From contig OY759316.1 of the NCBI GenBank assembly GCA_963662275.1, positions 2,080,001-2,144,000 of the forward strand: DNA of 64,000 bases, read 5' to 3'. Of this stretch, positions 50,869 to 61,364 are shown one piece after another. The number at the start of each line of letters is the position of its first letter. Positions within the stretch are counted from its first letter, which is position 1. The notes below the pieces were generated by a model, which saw nothing but the letters and a program-made list of their open reading frames with translations, was not told the origin of the DNA and made no database searches. Both the position numbers and the translations under genes were made by a program. The stretch is from Candidatus Cloacimonadales bacterium (GTDB lineage Bacteria > Cloacimonadota > Cloacimonadia > Cloacimonadales > DAONDQ01).

Positions 50869-53800
50869 ATGAAAAGAATGGGATTCATTATTATATTATC
50901 GTGTTTTTTAATCAGTATCTCGGCAAATGTACATACATCCTATCTCTGGCATTTAGACCAGCCTATTTATTGGGCTGACAAGAGTACCTGGAATACATAT
51001 CAGTATCAGAAGGTATGGGAATCAGATTATAAAAAGAACCACGGCGGTAATATCTATTCCGATGGTCAGGCACATCCGTTGAATAACCTGCCCGATATCT
51101 TTGGGAATGCAGACCGTGTGGCAGCATATCAATACAGAATGCGGGATGCTATCAGTTCTATAGGCTCCCTGCCCGAAGCTGGAGCTCAGGTCAGTATATC
51201 CGGGTGTTTGATGGAGAATATCAATGATCTCGCAACGGCAGGACAATGGGGCTATTATAGCGGTTGGAACAATAGCTATGCACAAGCACGAGGCTGGACT
51301 ACAACCGGTGGAAAGCCGCGTATGGATGTTCTTGCCTTTACTATGGATCATGCCCTCTCCCCTCTCGTGGACGAAAGTTGTCTGAAGAAACAGATTGAAG
51401 CTCATAAATACTTATATACCCAATTATTCGGTTCTACACCTGTTTACTCAAAAGGCTATTGGCCTGCTGAATGTGCTTTTTCAGAACGTATTATTAAAGT
51501 ACTTGTCCAGGAAGGAATACAATGGTCTGTGATTGCCAATAGCCACCTGGCACGAACACTCAACGACTATCCTGTTAATTATGGCACTTCAGGCTGTAAC
51601 ATCGATCCACCAAATAAAGCAGATAAAGTGGCTACCAACGGAACACACTGGTGGAATGGACAGATCGATGGAAGAGGTGGTACATTCGCAGCTCCTTATT
51701 GCTACCAGGTACATAAAGCTAAATACGTAGATCCTGATAATGGACAGGAATATAAAATATCTGTTGTACCTATGGACGATCTGCTCAGTTATCAGAACGG
51801 ATATTCTTCTATGGGTACAGGAGACATCGATACTAAAATTGCACCATATGACAATCCGGCACAACCTTCCATCGTTCTCATGGCTCACGACGGAGATAAC
51901 GCCTGGGGTGGTGGATACAGTTATTATGGGGAATCTGTTCCAGGCTTTGCCAATGCTGCTGCTGCCCAGGGCTATACACCTTCGACAGTGGAACAATTCA
52001 TTTTGAATCATCCTACACCCGATACTGATATTGTTCATGTGGAAGACGGTGCATGGGTCAATGCTGCCAATGACTGGGGGCATCCGCAATTCATCAACTG
52101 GATATGGCCTATGTACAATGCATCCAAAGTATTTGACCCGACCGGCTGGACGGAAGATGCAAGAAACTGGGCTGTTCTAACCGCTGCTCAAAATCGTGTG
52201 GATATGGCTGAACAATTGACAGGTACTTTGAATATAGCAAAGATAGTAAGCCCCGATGCTGCTGCCAATAATGCAGAACGTGCCTGGCATTATTTCCTTC
52301 CGGCATTCAACAGCGGTTATATGTACTATGGGACTGCCATAGATATGGAAGTGAAACCTACTCTTGCTGCCAATAATGCTACAGAATATGCGAATTATGT
52401 TATCAATGCTCATCCAGGTGTGGATAATACTCCACCAACTGTCTTTATCCCACAACGCTTTCCTTATAACCCGGGAGGGAAAGGTTTCGGTCCTATCTAT
52501 GGATACCAGGAACACCAGAATTCATCTGACTTTCATGTTTGGACGTTTGCCTATGATGCCTCAGGACTGCAAACCATTACTTTGAAATATCGTACTGACT
52601 CAGATGGTTCCAATCCGGAGTCAGATAATGCCAATGATACATATGCAGGCGGAGCTGGTGTAGGTGGATGGACATCACTGCCAATGACTGAAAGGGTCTT
52701 CCCCACAGGCAATGTGACTAATAATTCAGAGATCAATTTCTTCATATTGCCAACCTATATTGCGAATGAATATTATGCTCAGATTACTGGATTGACGGAT
52801 GTCTTAGTCGATTACTACGTTGAAGCAACAGATACACATGGAAATATTCGCAAATCCCCAATCCAGCATGTATATGTGGGAACAGGTGGAGGAACAACAC
52901 CAACCACTTCTGTTACTTATACACCAACGAATCCGGTTGCCGGACAATCCATGACCGTTACCTATGGAAATGCAGGAACTCTGTATAGTGCTGCTCAATT
53001 GAAGATTCACCTGGGTCAGAATACCTGGCAGGGTGTCACTGATTACAACATGACCCTCTTCCCCGCTGAGAACTGCTGGAAATACACATTTACCGTGCCT
53101 ACAGATGCCACACAGGTTGATTTTGTGTTCACTGATGGATTGAATCATTGGGATAACAATAGCGGTGCTGATTGGCATATCACAGTCACAGGTGCGGTAA
53201 CAGGTTATGTTATAGATGGCACGCTCGATGCTTCAGCACAACTAGTAGGACAAAGCGGAACGCTGAAGCTGTATACGGCTAAACAGGGCAATATCTTGTA
53301 TGTGGCAACAACTCCGGCTGCCAGCACAACTGATGTCTTTATGTTTATCTGTAAGAGTAAAACAACGATGGTTGCTTCACCCTGGGCGAAAGCCGGACAA
53401 GTCAATCAATGGGAGCTGTTTACTGCCAATGAAGGCACCAATGGTTATAACACTTGGACTGATCAAAATGGCTCAGCAACGCTAGCCCGTGGAACAGTCC
53501 TGGAAGGCAAATTTAATGTACTTACCGAATGTGGCTCTGTTGATACGCTATACCTCGCAGTTGGAGAATATGGTACTTCGGATACCGGAACATTGATCAG
53601 GCAAGTTCCTCTTGGTAATGGAGATGGCAACATCAATTTCAATGAATACTTTACATGGGCGTTGAATCCAATTCCCAATCCACCAACAAACCTGATGATC
53701 TCGAAAGCCGGAAATGATATCCAGTTAAGTTGGAGTGCTACCAATTTACCGGATTATGCGTATAAAATTCTATATGCCGATGCTCCTTATACACCAATAG

Positions 53801-53937
53801 CTTCATATCATTATTTGGCTACAACATCTGCTACTACATACATTCATACAAATGGAGTAAATTGGTCTGACCGTTTATTTTATAGAGTAATTGCAGTACC
53901 GATTACTAGAAATACAATGAAACATTACAATAGATAA
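50869..53937 (+). CDS. Secreted GH57-like alpha-glucan hydrolase with starch-binding module
   Basis: Signal peptide; WHLDQP, GYWPAE (nucleophile region), AHDGDN (acid/base region); CBM25/53-like IHLG..W..VFTDG..WDNN..DW. Confidence 0.72.
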   Translation: MKRMGFIIILSCFLISISANVHTSYLWHLDQPIYWADKSTWNTYQYQKVWESDYKKNHGGNIYSDGQAHPLNNLPDIFGNADRVAAYQYRMRDAISSIGSLPEAGAQVSISGCLMENINDLATAGQWGYYSGWNNSYAQARGWTTTGGKPRMDVLAFTMDHALSPLVDESCLKKQIEAHKYLYTQLFGSTPVYSKGYWPAECAFSERIIKVLVQEGIQWSVIANSHLARTLNDYPVNYGTSGCNIDPPNKADKVATNGTHWWNGQIDGRGGTFAAPYCYQVHKAKYVDPDNGQEYKISVVPMDDLLSYQNGYSSMGTGDIDTKIAPYDNPAQPSIVLMAHDGDNAWGGGYSYYGESVPGFANAAAAQGYTPSTVEQFILNHPTPDTDIVHVEDGAWVNAANDWGHPQFINWIWPMYNASKVFDPTGWTEDARNWAVLTAAQNRVDMAEQLTGTLNIAKIVSPDAAANNAERAWHYFLPAFNSGYMYYGTAIDMEVKPTLAANNATEYANYVINAHPGVDNTPPTVFIPQRFPYNPGGKGFGPIYGYQEHQNSSDFHVWTFAYDASGLQTITLKYRTDSDGSNPESDNANDTYAGGAGVGGWTSLPMTERVFPTGNVTNNSEINFFILPTYIANEYYAQITGLTDVLVDYYVEATDTHGNIRKSPIQHVYVGTGGGTTPTTSVTYTPTNPVAGQSMTVTYGNAGTLYSAAQLKIHLGQNTWQGVTDYNMTLFPAENCWKYTFTVPTDATQVDFVFTDGLNHWDNNSGADWHITVTGAVTGYVIDGTLDASAQLVGQSGTLKLYTAKQGNILYVATTPAASTTDVFMFICKSKTTMVASPWAKAGQVNQWELFTANEGTNGYNTWTDQNGSATLARGTVLEGKFNVLTECGSVDTLYLAVGEYGTSDTGTLIRQVPLGNGDGNINFNEYFTWALNPIPNPPTNLMISKAGNDIQLSWSATNLPDYAYKILYADAPYTPIASYHYLATTSATTYIHTNGVNWSDRLFYRVIAVPITRNTMKHYNR

Positions 53938-54281
53938 TAAGAAAGATATTTCCCTAATATCATGAGTATCAAATATATGTACTATTAAAATTCCAAGGCT
54001 TATTATACTTTGGAAATATAAATCTTGTTACAAAAACCTTCATTTTTAATGAATAATCTATTAAAAAACAACACTCTTTACTATATTTGTTAAAAAAAAC
54101 TTGACTGTATGTACAGATACTTCAATTATACACATGAGTGCATCTTAGGAGCAGGAATGTATTCGGAATTATGTATTATGCTCTTATTAATTATGTTATC
54201 TGAAAACTAGATAGGCGATAATCCAAAAAATGCTATGGATGTATCGAAAACAAAACAATGATGTTAATTAGGAGGTTCAAA

Positions 54282-55589
54282 ATGCAACGTTACGCAATAG
54301 TTCTTATCATTTTACTTATCCCCTTGTTAGCTTTCGCAACCGTCATACCCAACCTTTTCGGTAGTCACTTTGGGAGCACACAAATTCTGAATAATCATGA
54401 AAGATCATGGAGATTAAACTACAATCTGGAAGAAATGTATCAAGATAATCTTTGGGCAAATAGTGCTAAAAACGTCTATTATTACAATTCCGTTCATCCA
54501 ACTGCAATTGATAGTATTGTTACATACAGCTATGAAGAACAAACTATGACGTGGAATATTCAATCTGCAACGATATTTACATACGATGCCACCTATGAAT
54601 ATGTGATTGAGGGAGATGTGTATATGATCAATCTCAATCCACCGATTCGAATGCTTTTTATGCGTGAATACATAGATTACAATGAAAACAATTATTTGAA
54701 AGATGTTACTATTCAGTTTTTGGACTCTTTTACAAGAACTTTAGCTGATGTTTCCAGGTTGCACTTGACTTATGCAAACAACAATGTCTCTTCCTCAATC
54801 ACTTGGTATGCAGAAGATTTACATGCTCCGCAACACCTCGAGAAAACAACTTTTGCTTTTGATTTTCGAGGGAGAATCATCCAGGAATTTATGATGACTT
54901 CTGCCGATTCATCCAACTGGGTTAATTCTGAACAAACTGACAGAACCTATCATCAAAACGATATTACGACAAGTGCTATATTCCTCAATAATGTAGCACA
55001 TATGTGGGGATTAGATGCGATGACTGGAGGTTCAATGATGTTCGGTATGGTTAGCACGGAAATTATCCAGACATGGTTGGGCGATGCCTGGATTAATAGT
55101 AGCAGTGCAACCTATACGTATAACGCTTCGAACAAATTGATACAAGTACTTAATCAAGAGTGGGATGGAACTTCTGCTTGGGTCAATTTAGAAAACAATA
55201 TCTATACGTATGATGCTAACAACAATATGGATCAGTATGTCAACCAGGAATGGACAGATCCAAATTGGGTAAATAAATCACGTATGACATACTTTTGGAA
55301 TAATTCAACTGCCAATGATGATCCAATTGTAGTAGCACCTGGCAACTTATCGATGGTTGCTTCTCCCAATCCTTTCCAATCAAATTTGGACATGAAGGTA
55401 AATGCAAAATCTAATCAACCAGTACAGATCGAAGTGTTCAACATCAAAGGACAATCAGTTTATCAAACCAAAACAATGCCTAACACCGAGATTTCCATCA
55501 ATGGAAAAGAATTCAGTTCCGGTATCTATTTCGTGAAGGCAAAGCAGGGAAATCAAACCATAACTCATAAAATATTGAAGCTAAAATAG
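54282..55589 (+). CDS. Secreted protein with T9SS-like CTD (paralog A)
   Basis: Signal peptide; W.N...YTYD repeats; PNPF..FNIKGQ..SSGIYFVK; GGAGG RBS before 54282. Confidence 0.75.
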   Translation: MQRYAIVLIILLIPLLAFATVIPNLFGSHFGSTQILNNHERSWRLNYNLEEMYQDNLWANSAKNVYYYNSVHPTAIDSIVTYSYEEQTMTWNIQSATIFTYDATYEYVIEGDVYMINLNPPIRMLFMREYIDYNENNYLKDVTIQFLDSFTRTLADVSRLHLTYANNNVSSSITWYAEDLHAPQHLEKTTFAFDFRGRIIQEFMMTSADSSNWVNSEQTDRTYHQNDITTSAIFLNNVAHMWGLDAMTGGSMMFGMVSTEIIQTWLGDAWINSSSATYTYNASNKLIQVLNQEWDGTSAWVNLENNIYTYDANNNMDQYVNQEWTDPNWVNKSRMTYFWNNSTANDDPIVVAPGNLSMVASPNPFQSNLDMKVNAKSNQPVQIEVFNIKGQSVYQTKTMPNTEISINGKEFSSGIYFVKAKQGNQTITHKILKLK

Positions 55590-55606
55590 AAAAGCAATAA
55601 CCAATG

Positions 55607-55640
55607 AAAAAAGGGACGACTTGAAAGCCGTCCTTTTTTT
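55607..55640 (+). terminator. Intrinsic terminator
   Basis: AAAAAAGGGACG...CGTCCTTTTTTT. Confidence 0.7.
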
Positions 55641-55720
55641 ATTAATATAATTTATGAGAAATGCTTGACATTCAATGAATATTCATCACACAATGTCTCT
55701 ATCAAAAGGAGGTATTCACT

Positions 55721-57013
55721 ATGCGACGTTATTTAATCGTTCTTATCTTTCTTTTAATAAATATATCAGCTAGGGCAGCAGATATTTTTTTTAATCCTGT
55801 CGATACACGACCTGGAAATGGTCCAGTGATGAACAATCCGGAACGTGGTTGGTATTTAATTCAAAAAATCCAGTCTTCCTACTCGGATAGTCTCTGGGTT
55901 GATAATATAAAAAGATTATATTATTATCATCCTGAGCAGCCAAGTTTCATTGATAGTGTAGAAATCTTCCAATATGACCAGGTTTCTACGACATGGATCT
56001 TAAGAAATACCATTGTTGCTACATATGACCCTGTTTCTGAAAATATCTCCGAAATCATTTGGTATTCATTTTATGGTACTGATATTAGAGTACCTGGTCA
56101 GCGGATACTCTTAGAATACAATGACAACCATTATCTCTTAAATTGGGCTTTCCAGCATAAGGATACTCTAACAGGAAACTGGATTGTTGGACAGAGAATG
56201 CACTTTGTGTACGTAAATAACAATGTATCTGCTCTTGTAACTTGGTATGATGGAGTTCCAACTCCCTATGATCAGAAGATTTTTAATACTGATCTGCAAG
56301 GACGAATCATACAGGAAACTTGGCAGACTTCTTCCGATTCAACGAATTGGACAGATTATAAGCAAGTATTTAGAACATTTCATCCTTTGGATACATCGAC
56401 GGGAACCTCTTTCATGACTAGTTATGCTCAACTGGGATATGTGATAATTACCGATAGCCCTATGGATTTGGGTATGTGGAGTGAAGAACTGACAAAATCG
56501 TGGATTAATGATATTATGGATAATGAATCGAAAGCTACTTATGATTATGATATCTCAAATAAGCTGGTTAGCGAGCTTTATCAGAAATGGATTAATTTTT
56601 CATGGAATAATGAATCGAAATTTACTTATGATTATGATAATAACGGAAATCTAATTCATGAAATATACCAGCGTTGGAACACGATGAACTGGGATTACTC
56701 TAGTAGGGATACCAATACCTGGGAATATACAACAGCCAATGATGACCACACTACTCCAGCGATTAATGGATTATCCCTTTTATCCTATCCCAATCCCTTC
56801 CATTCTAATTTGGATATGAAGGTAAATGCAAAATCTAATCAACCTGTACAGATCGAAGTGTTCAATATCAAAGGACAATCAGTATATCAAACAAATGCCA
56901 TGCCTAATACTCAGATCATGATGGATGGAATGAAGTTCAGTTCCGGTATTTATTTTGTGAAAGCAATGCAGGGGACGGAAACCAGTGTACGGAAAGTCGT
57001 GAAGCTGAAATGA
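55721..57013 (+). CDS. Secreted protein with T9SS-like CTD (paralog B)
   Basis: Same architecture as paralog A; 30-aa identical stretch in the CTD. Confidence 0.75.
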   Translation: MRRYLIVLIFLLINISARAADIFFNPVDTRPGNGPVMNNPERGWYLIQKIQSSYSDSLWVDNIKRLYYYHPEQPSFIDSVEIFQYDQVSTTWILRNTIVATYDPVSENISEIIWYSFYGTDIRVPGQRILLEYNDNHYLLNWAFQHKDTLTGNWIVGQRMHFVYVNNNVSALVTWYDGVPTPYDQKIFNTDLQGRIIQETWQTSSDSTNWTDYKQVFRTFHPLDTSTGTSFMTSYAQLGYVIITDSPMDLGMWSEELTKSWINDIMDNESKATYDYDISNKLVSELYQKWINFSWNNESKFTYDYDNNGNLIHEIYQRWNTMNWDYSSRDTNTWEYTTANDDHTTPAINGLSLLSYPNPFHSNLDMKVNAKSNQPVQIEVFNIKGQSVYQTNAMPNTQIMMDGMKFSSGIYFVKAMQGTETSVRKVVKLK

Positions 57014-57119
57014 GAAGTAGGTAAACTGAATTGTCTTGACAATAATCCAATTAGTTAATTAATATTAGTATTAAATGTTTTCGTGATGATTCAAATAGAA
57101 ATCTGGTTATCTAGTTAAT

Positions 57120-59378
57120 ATGGGAGTAAGAATGACAAGTGAGCTTTCCAAAGAAATAATTCAAGAATTGGATTTGCAGTCTGAACTCAATCCCCTTGAT
57201 GTAATTCAGCGAATTAAAGTCTATCCTCTCAATGGTCTTTCACCCCATGCTATGAATCAGCTTAAGTATTTCGAGGCAAAATCGCATGTAACCATGCGAC
57301 ATTTCCAAGAAGCGGAACAAATTGCGATTGAGTGTTTAAGCTTGGCTATCCCTGAAAGAGACTATTTTATTTTAGTAAAATGCAATGTCATGCAAGGTTT
57401 ATGTTATCTGCACATGGGCATCGAATTATCGATAAGACCTTGTTTGGAGTTGGCAATAGAATTTGCCATCCAATCCGGTGATTTTGAACTTCTGATTTAT
57501 GCCAGTTCAAACTATCTCATTTATCTTAGGACTCGAACACAATTTAGTTCAGCATTAGAGGAGGAGAAACGAATCGTTGATCTTGTTAAACGCACACCGC
57601 CCTCTTTTACTTCAATGAATGCTTTAATGAATGTAGCAAAATTGTATCTCGACCTGAATAAATTAGATAAAACCATCAGGTTTCTTCGTCAGGCTTTAGC
57701 TTATGCCCAAGTACTGGAGATACCTACTTATCAACTTACGATCATTAATAATCTTGCTTCTGGATATATTAGAATTGAAGATTACCGAAAAGCAGAAGAA
57801 ATTCTTTTAAATGGACTACGAGTAGCCCAGGATCTTTCTCAAATTCAGCAGATAGCACATATGCTGTTCAATCTGGGAAACCTGATGAATCAGCAAAAAA
57901 GATATTCGGAATCAATTGAATACTACGATAAGTGTTATGCAAAAGTGACTGAATGTAATTTTATGTCTCCTATGTTTTTGATTGATCTGTATAATAATTA
58001 TTCGATGTGTTATTGGTACTTGAATAATCCTGAAGAATCGATAAAATATATTGATAAAGCCATTGAAATAGCAACTGAGAATGGTTTTGAAAATGACAAA
58101 ATCCAGATGGAAGAGAGCAAGACGAATATTATGATTGGTTTGGGTGAATACAAAGCCGCTAAAACCATTTTGAATAATTCCATCAAATATTACAAAAAGG
58201 GGAAACAATATACTCATCTTCTGAGGGCAAGCCGTTCCCTGGCATACCTATATTCAAAGCTAAATGATTATAAAAAAAGCTATGAGATTTGTCGAAAAGT
58301 TGATGAAATTACTGACGAATACATCAGCCAGATTCTAAATAAACAGACAGTTGATGATTCTGGCAATCTTAGCTTGGCAGATCTTAACTTTGATTCCATA
58401 TCATCCGCTTCACCTCTCCAGCACAAGATTGATCATTCACACGGTTTTATCGGTCGGAGTAAAGCGCATCAAAAGGTACTGAATGCTGCATTATTGGCAG
58501 CTCAGCATAATAATACCAATGTCCTGATTATGGGAGAATCCGGTACCGGAAAAGAAGTGATAGCTCAAATCATACACAAAAACAGTATTCGCAGGAACAA
58601 TCCATTTATCCCTGTAAATATTGGTGCTTTATCTGCGACTCTCCTCGAGAGTGAACTCTTCGGACACACCAAGGGAGCATTTACAGGGGCAGATACGCAA
58701 ACGAAGGGATATTTCCTACAGGCAGATAAAGGTTCCATATTCCTGGATGAAATAGCTGAAATGCCCTATGAACTGCAAAGCAAATTATTAAGAGTCATTG
58801 AAACCCGCAAGGTGTCTTCGGTGGGCAGCAGCAAAGAAACCACCTTTGATTGTCGCATTATATGTGCTACAAATCAGGATCTGCGGGAAAAGATGTTTGA
58901 ACAGAAATTTCGTCTCGATCTATTTCATAGGCTGAATACGATTGAAATCATTATACCACCGTTACGTGAAAGACGGGAAGATATTGAACCTATTATCCAG
59001 TATTATGTGGAAAACTATTCTTATGAGCTTAAGAAGCCAAAACCCTTTCTTGATCGCTCTTTCATCGATATGATGCTGCAATATTCCTTTCCTGGAAACG
59101 TTCGGGAACTGAAAAATATCATCGAACGCATGTTCATTTTGAGCAAAAACCTGCACTGGGATGACAAGCTTGTAAGCAGTATAAATCCTTTCAACTTTGG
59201 TATTGAGGAGAAAAGTCATCTTCAACAATCAGATGAAGAAGATATGATCTTGAAAGCTCTCATCAAAGCCAAAGGAAAACAAAAAGAAGCTGCAATCTTA
59301 CTTAATATGTCCGAAGCCACCCTCTATCGCAGAATTGTAAAATACAACTTACAAAAACATACCCGCAAAGGAAGTTGA
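57120..59378 (+). CDS. TPR-containing sigma54-dependent transcriptional activator
   Basis: TPR repeats; GESGTGKE, ESELFGHTKGAFTGA, FLDEI, FPGNVREL; Fis-type HTH. Confidence 0.92.
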   Translation: MGVRMTSELSKEIIQELDLQSELNPLDVIQRIKVYPLNGLSPHAMNQLKYFEAKSHVTMRHFQEAEQIAIECLSLAIPERDYFILVKCNVMQGLCYLHMGIELSIRPCLELAIEFAIQSGDFELLIYASSNYLIYLRTRTQFSSALEEEKRIVDLVKRTPPSFTSMNALMNVAKLYLDLNKLDKTIRFLRQALAYAQVLEIPTYQLTIINNLASGYIRIEDYRKAEEILLNGLRVAQDLSQIQQIAHMLFNLGNLMNQQKRYSESIEYYDKCYAKVTECNFMSPMFLIDLYNNYSMCYWYLNNPEESIKYIDKAIEIATENGFENDKIQMEESKTNIMIGLGEYKAAKTILNNSIKYYKKGKQYTHLLRASRSLAYLYSKLNDYKKSYEICRKVDEITDEYISQILNKQTVDDSGNLSLADLNFDSISSASPLQHKIDHSHGFIGRSKAHQKVLNAALLAAQHNNTNVLIMGESGTGKEVIAQIIHKNSIRRNNPFIPVNIGALSATLLESELFGHTKGAFTGADTQTKGYFLQADKGSIFLDEIAEMPYELQSKLLRVIETRKVSSVGSSKETTFDCRIICATNQDLREKMFEQKFRLDLFHRLNTIEIIIPPLRERREDIEPIIQYYVENYSYELKKPKPFLDRSFIDMMLQYSFPGNVRELKNIIERMFILSKNLHWDDKLVSSINPFNFGIEEKSHLQQSDEEDMILKALIKAKGKQKEAAILLNMSEATLYRRIVKYNLQKHTRKGS

Positions 59379-59457
59379 ATAATTACACTGCCAGAAAACC
59401 ACTTTAAATGCTTCTCTGAACCTGGGGTACAGGATTTATTAAAGACTAGCTTCGCTC

Positions 59458-59987
59458 AAAGAATTAAGAATTAAGAATTAAAAATCAAGAACTGGCGGAA
59501 CAGAGAAGCATCGTAGCAACGAATTTATTCGTTGGATCAACTGCTTCAGCCGTTTAGAGGTTTCAACCTCTCAGAGAAGACGGGTCTACTTCCGTGGACC
59601 CCTACGTGGCATTTCAGACCTCGCACTTCCATTCTCCCAGAGGTTCCACCACTGGCTATCGGATTTCATATCTCCGATATGTGAAGGAATCTTCCCTTAT
59701 CAATTCTTCAATCTCTTCTCTGAAAAATCTTCAATTCTGCTCTCTCCTCCATTTTTTTAACCACTAAACACACTAAACACACAAAAAAGAAGATCTTAAG
59801 TCTTTGAACTATTAGCTAACATCAGACTCATTGTTTTCACTTAATCTTTCATAAATAGCCAGATAAATGATACAAATAATATCTTCTCTGCTTTTCGTGT
59901 TGTTCGTGTTTTTCGTGGTTTCTTTCTTCTTCCCATTCTTCAATCTTAAATCTCCCCTCTGCCAATTCTTAATTTTTAATTCTTAAT
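59458..59987. repeat. Composite repeat cluster (inverted heptamer arrays, GTAG REPs, 9-bp-period inverted pair)
   Basis: AAGAATT array at 59458 vs AATTCTT array at 59964; GTAG palindromes at 59513 and 59580; 48-bp REP at 59635; AACCACTAAACAC... vs ...TTCGTGGTT. Confidence 0.8.
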
Positions 59988-60395
59988 TTATATGACCTCC
60001 TTCCATCTCTCGTATCCCGTAACTTTGGGCAGCAGCTCCGCATCAATGGCAGCTTTCAGCGAGATGCAGGGAAGGTTCTGCTCAAATATCTGTTCCCTGG
60101 TGATGGTGGAAAGGTTAACTTTATCCGGCATGGCAGTCTGCATTGCCCACATCAGCTTATTATAGACGTGGCACCAGGTGAAGATCGGGAATCCTGCGTT
60201 TTGAGGAAGATTGTTGTAGGATAGACAGTAGTCTTTCAGGTTATACTTGTAGTATTGACTTGGTTCGAGGGTGTATATCTGCTTTTGTGCTGATTTGAAC
60301 GGTTTCTGACCGGGATGGTTCTTGAATGTGAATGATGTCCTGGCTCGTGGCTTACCCGTAAATCCGTGGATCATGTGTTTGAAGTATGGTTTCAT
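59988..60395 (-). CDS. Hypothetical protein
   Basis: AGGAGA RBS before ATG 60395; the upstream ORF extension is translated repeat DNA. Confidence 0.6.
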   Translation of the reverse strand: MKPYFKHMIHGFTGKPRARTSFTFKNHPGQKPFKSAQKQIYTLEPSQYYKYNLKDYCLSYNNLPQNAGFPIFTWCHVYNKLMWAMQTAMPDKVNLSTITREQIFEQNLPCISLKAAIDAELLPKVTGYERWKEVI

Positions 60396-60705
60396 TTTAT
60401 CTCCTATTTTTCTTTTCTTCTCCCTCCCATTTCTTCTCGTTCGAACTTCGCACTTCGGACTTCGCACTTCGAGATGGGAGAGCTCGTTCTGTTCTTGCAC
60501 TGCTCTGAACTAGCACCTAACACCTAAAACCTAGAACCTTCTGCAAAAACACCTCTCATATATATATAGGGGGGAGCATTTTGCCTAAATCGAGGGAGCA
60601 TTTGAAAATAATTCGATTTTTATTGATTTTTCTTTCTTATTCCAATTCTTCATTCTTCATTTTAATTTTTAATTCTTAATTGAACTACTGTTTCATTTCT
60701 ATACG

Positions 60706-60780
60706 ATTACGGTACTAATACGGTTTTTTTACCGTAATGATACCGTATTGCTACCGTATTGGTACCGTAATGCTCATATG
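60706..60780. repeat. TACGG/CCGTA 11-bp-period palindromic repeat, full copy
   Basis: Inverted near-identical copy of 33261-33334. Confidence 0.9.
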
Positions 60781-60854
60781 TGTACTTTGATTGTAATGCA
60801 AGACGCCGTTCTTGCTGTCTGCTCTGTTCTGAACAATAAGCTACAAGCAATCAG

Positions 60855-61364
60855 CTATAAGCTTCTTCCTGGATTGTTTGCTCTGGACTGTAAGCTGTCC
60901 GCTGTACGCTGTAAGCTTCTGCAATGCGTGAAATAAGCGACAGGATCTTCCACTTTATCGTATTTTTCTTTTAAGAATTCGGATAAAACATCTACTGTTT
61001 TGGAAATACTCGGTTTCTCGATGGTGAAGAACGAATGTATTTCGAATCCCCGCAGGATTGGATTACCGTCTTTGATAACATATTTTGCTTTTCCGTTCAG
61101 TCTCAAGAGATCATAATATAATGATGGTGCTAGTTTATGTGCTGTTTCCATATCTGCAATATCACAAGTCACCATCTTTCCACTGAGATTCAGAATATGT
61201 GCTTTTGCTTCATTCTTACCGCCAATGAATTGCAGGTAGCCATATATCTCAGTAAAATCTGAAAAAGTACACTTATTTTCTTCAATCAAATCCACAATAT
61301 CGATATCAGAAGGTCTGGTATCTGTACCAGGGATGTCTATGTAACAATTGAAATCTTCGTTCAT
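60855..61364 (-). CDS. Hypothetical protein; 3' end runs into heptamer repeats
   Basis: AAGGAGG RBS; C-terminal SLQRTADSLQS is encoded by the CTGTAAG-type array. Confidence 0.6.
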   Translation of the reverse strand: MNEDFNCYIDIPGTDTRPSDIDIVDLIEENKCTFSDFTEIYGYLQFIGGKNEAKAHILNLSGKMVTCDIADMETAHKLAPSLYYDLLRLNGKAKYVIKDGNPILRGFEIHSFFTIEKPSISKTVDVLSEFLKEKYDKVEDPVAYFTHCRSLQRTADSLQSRANNPGRSL

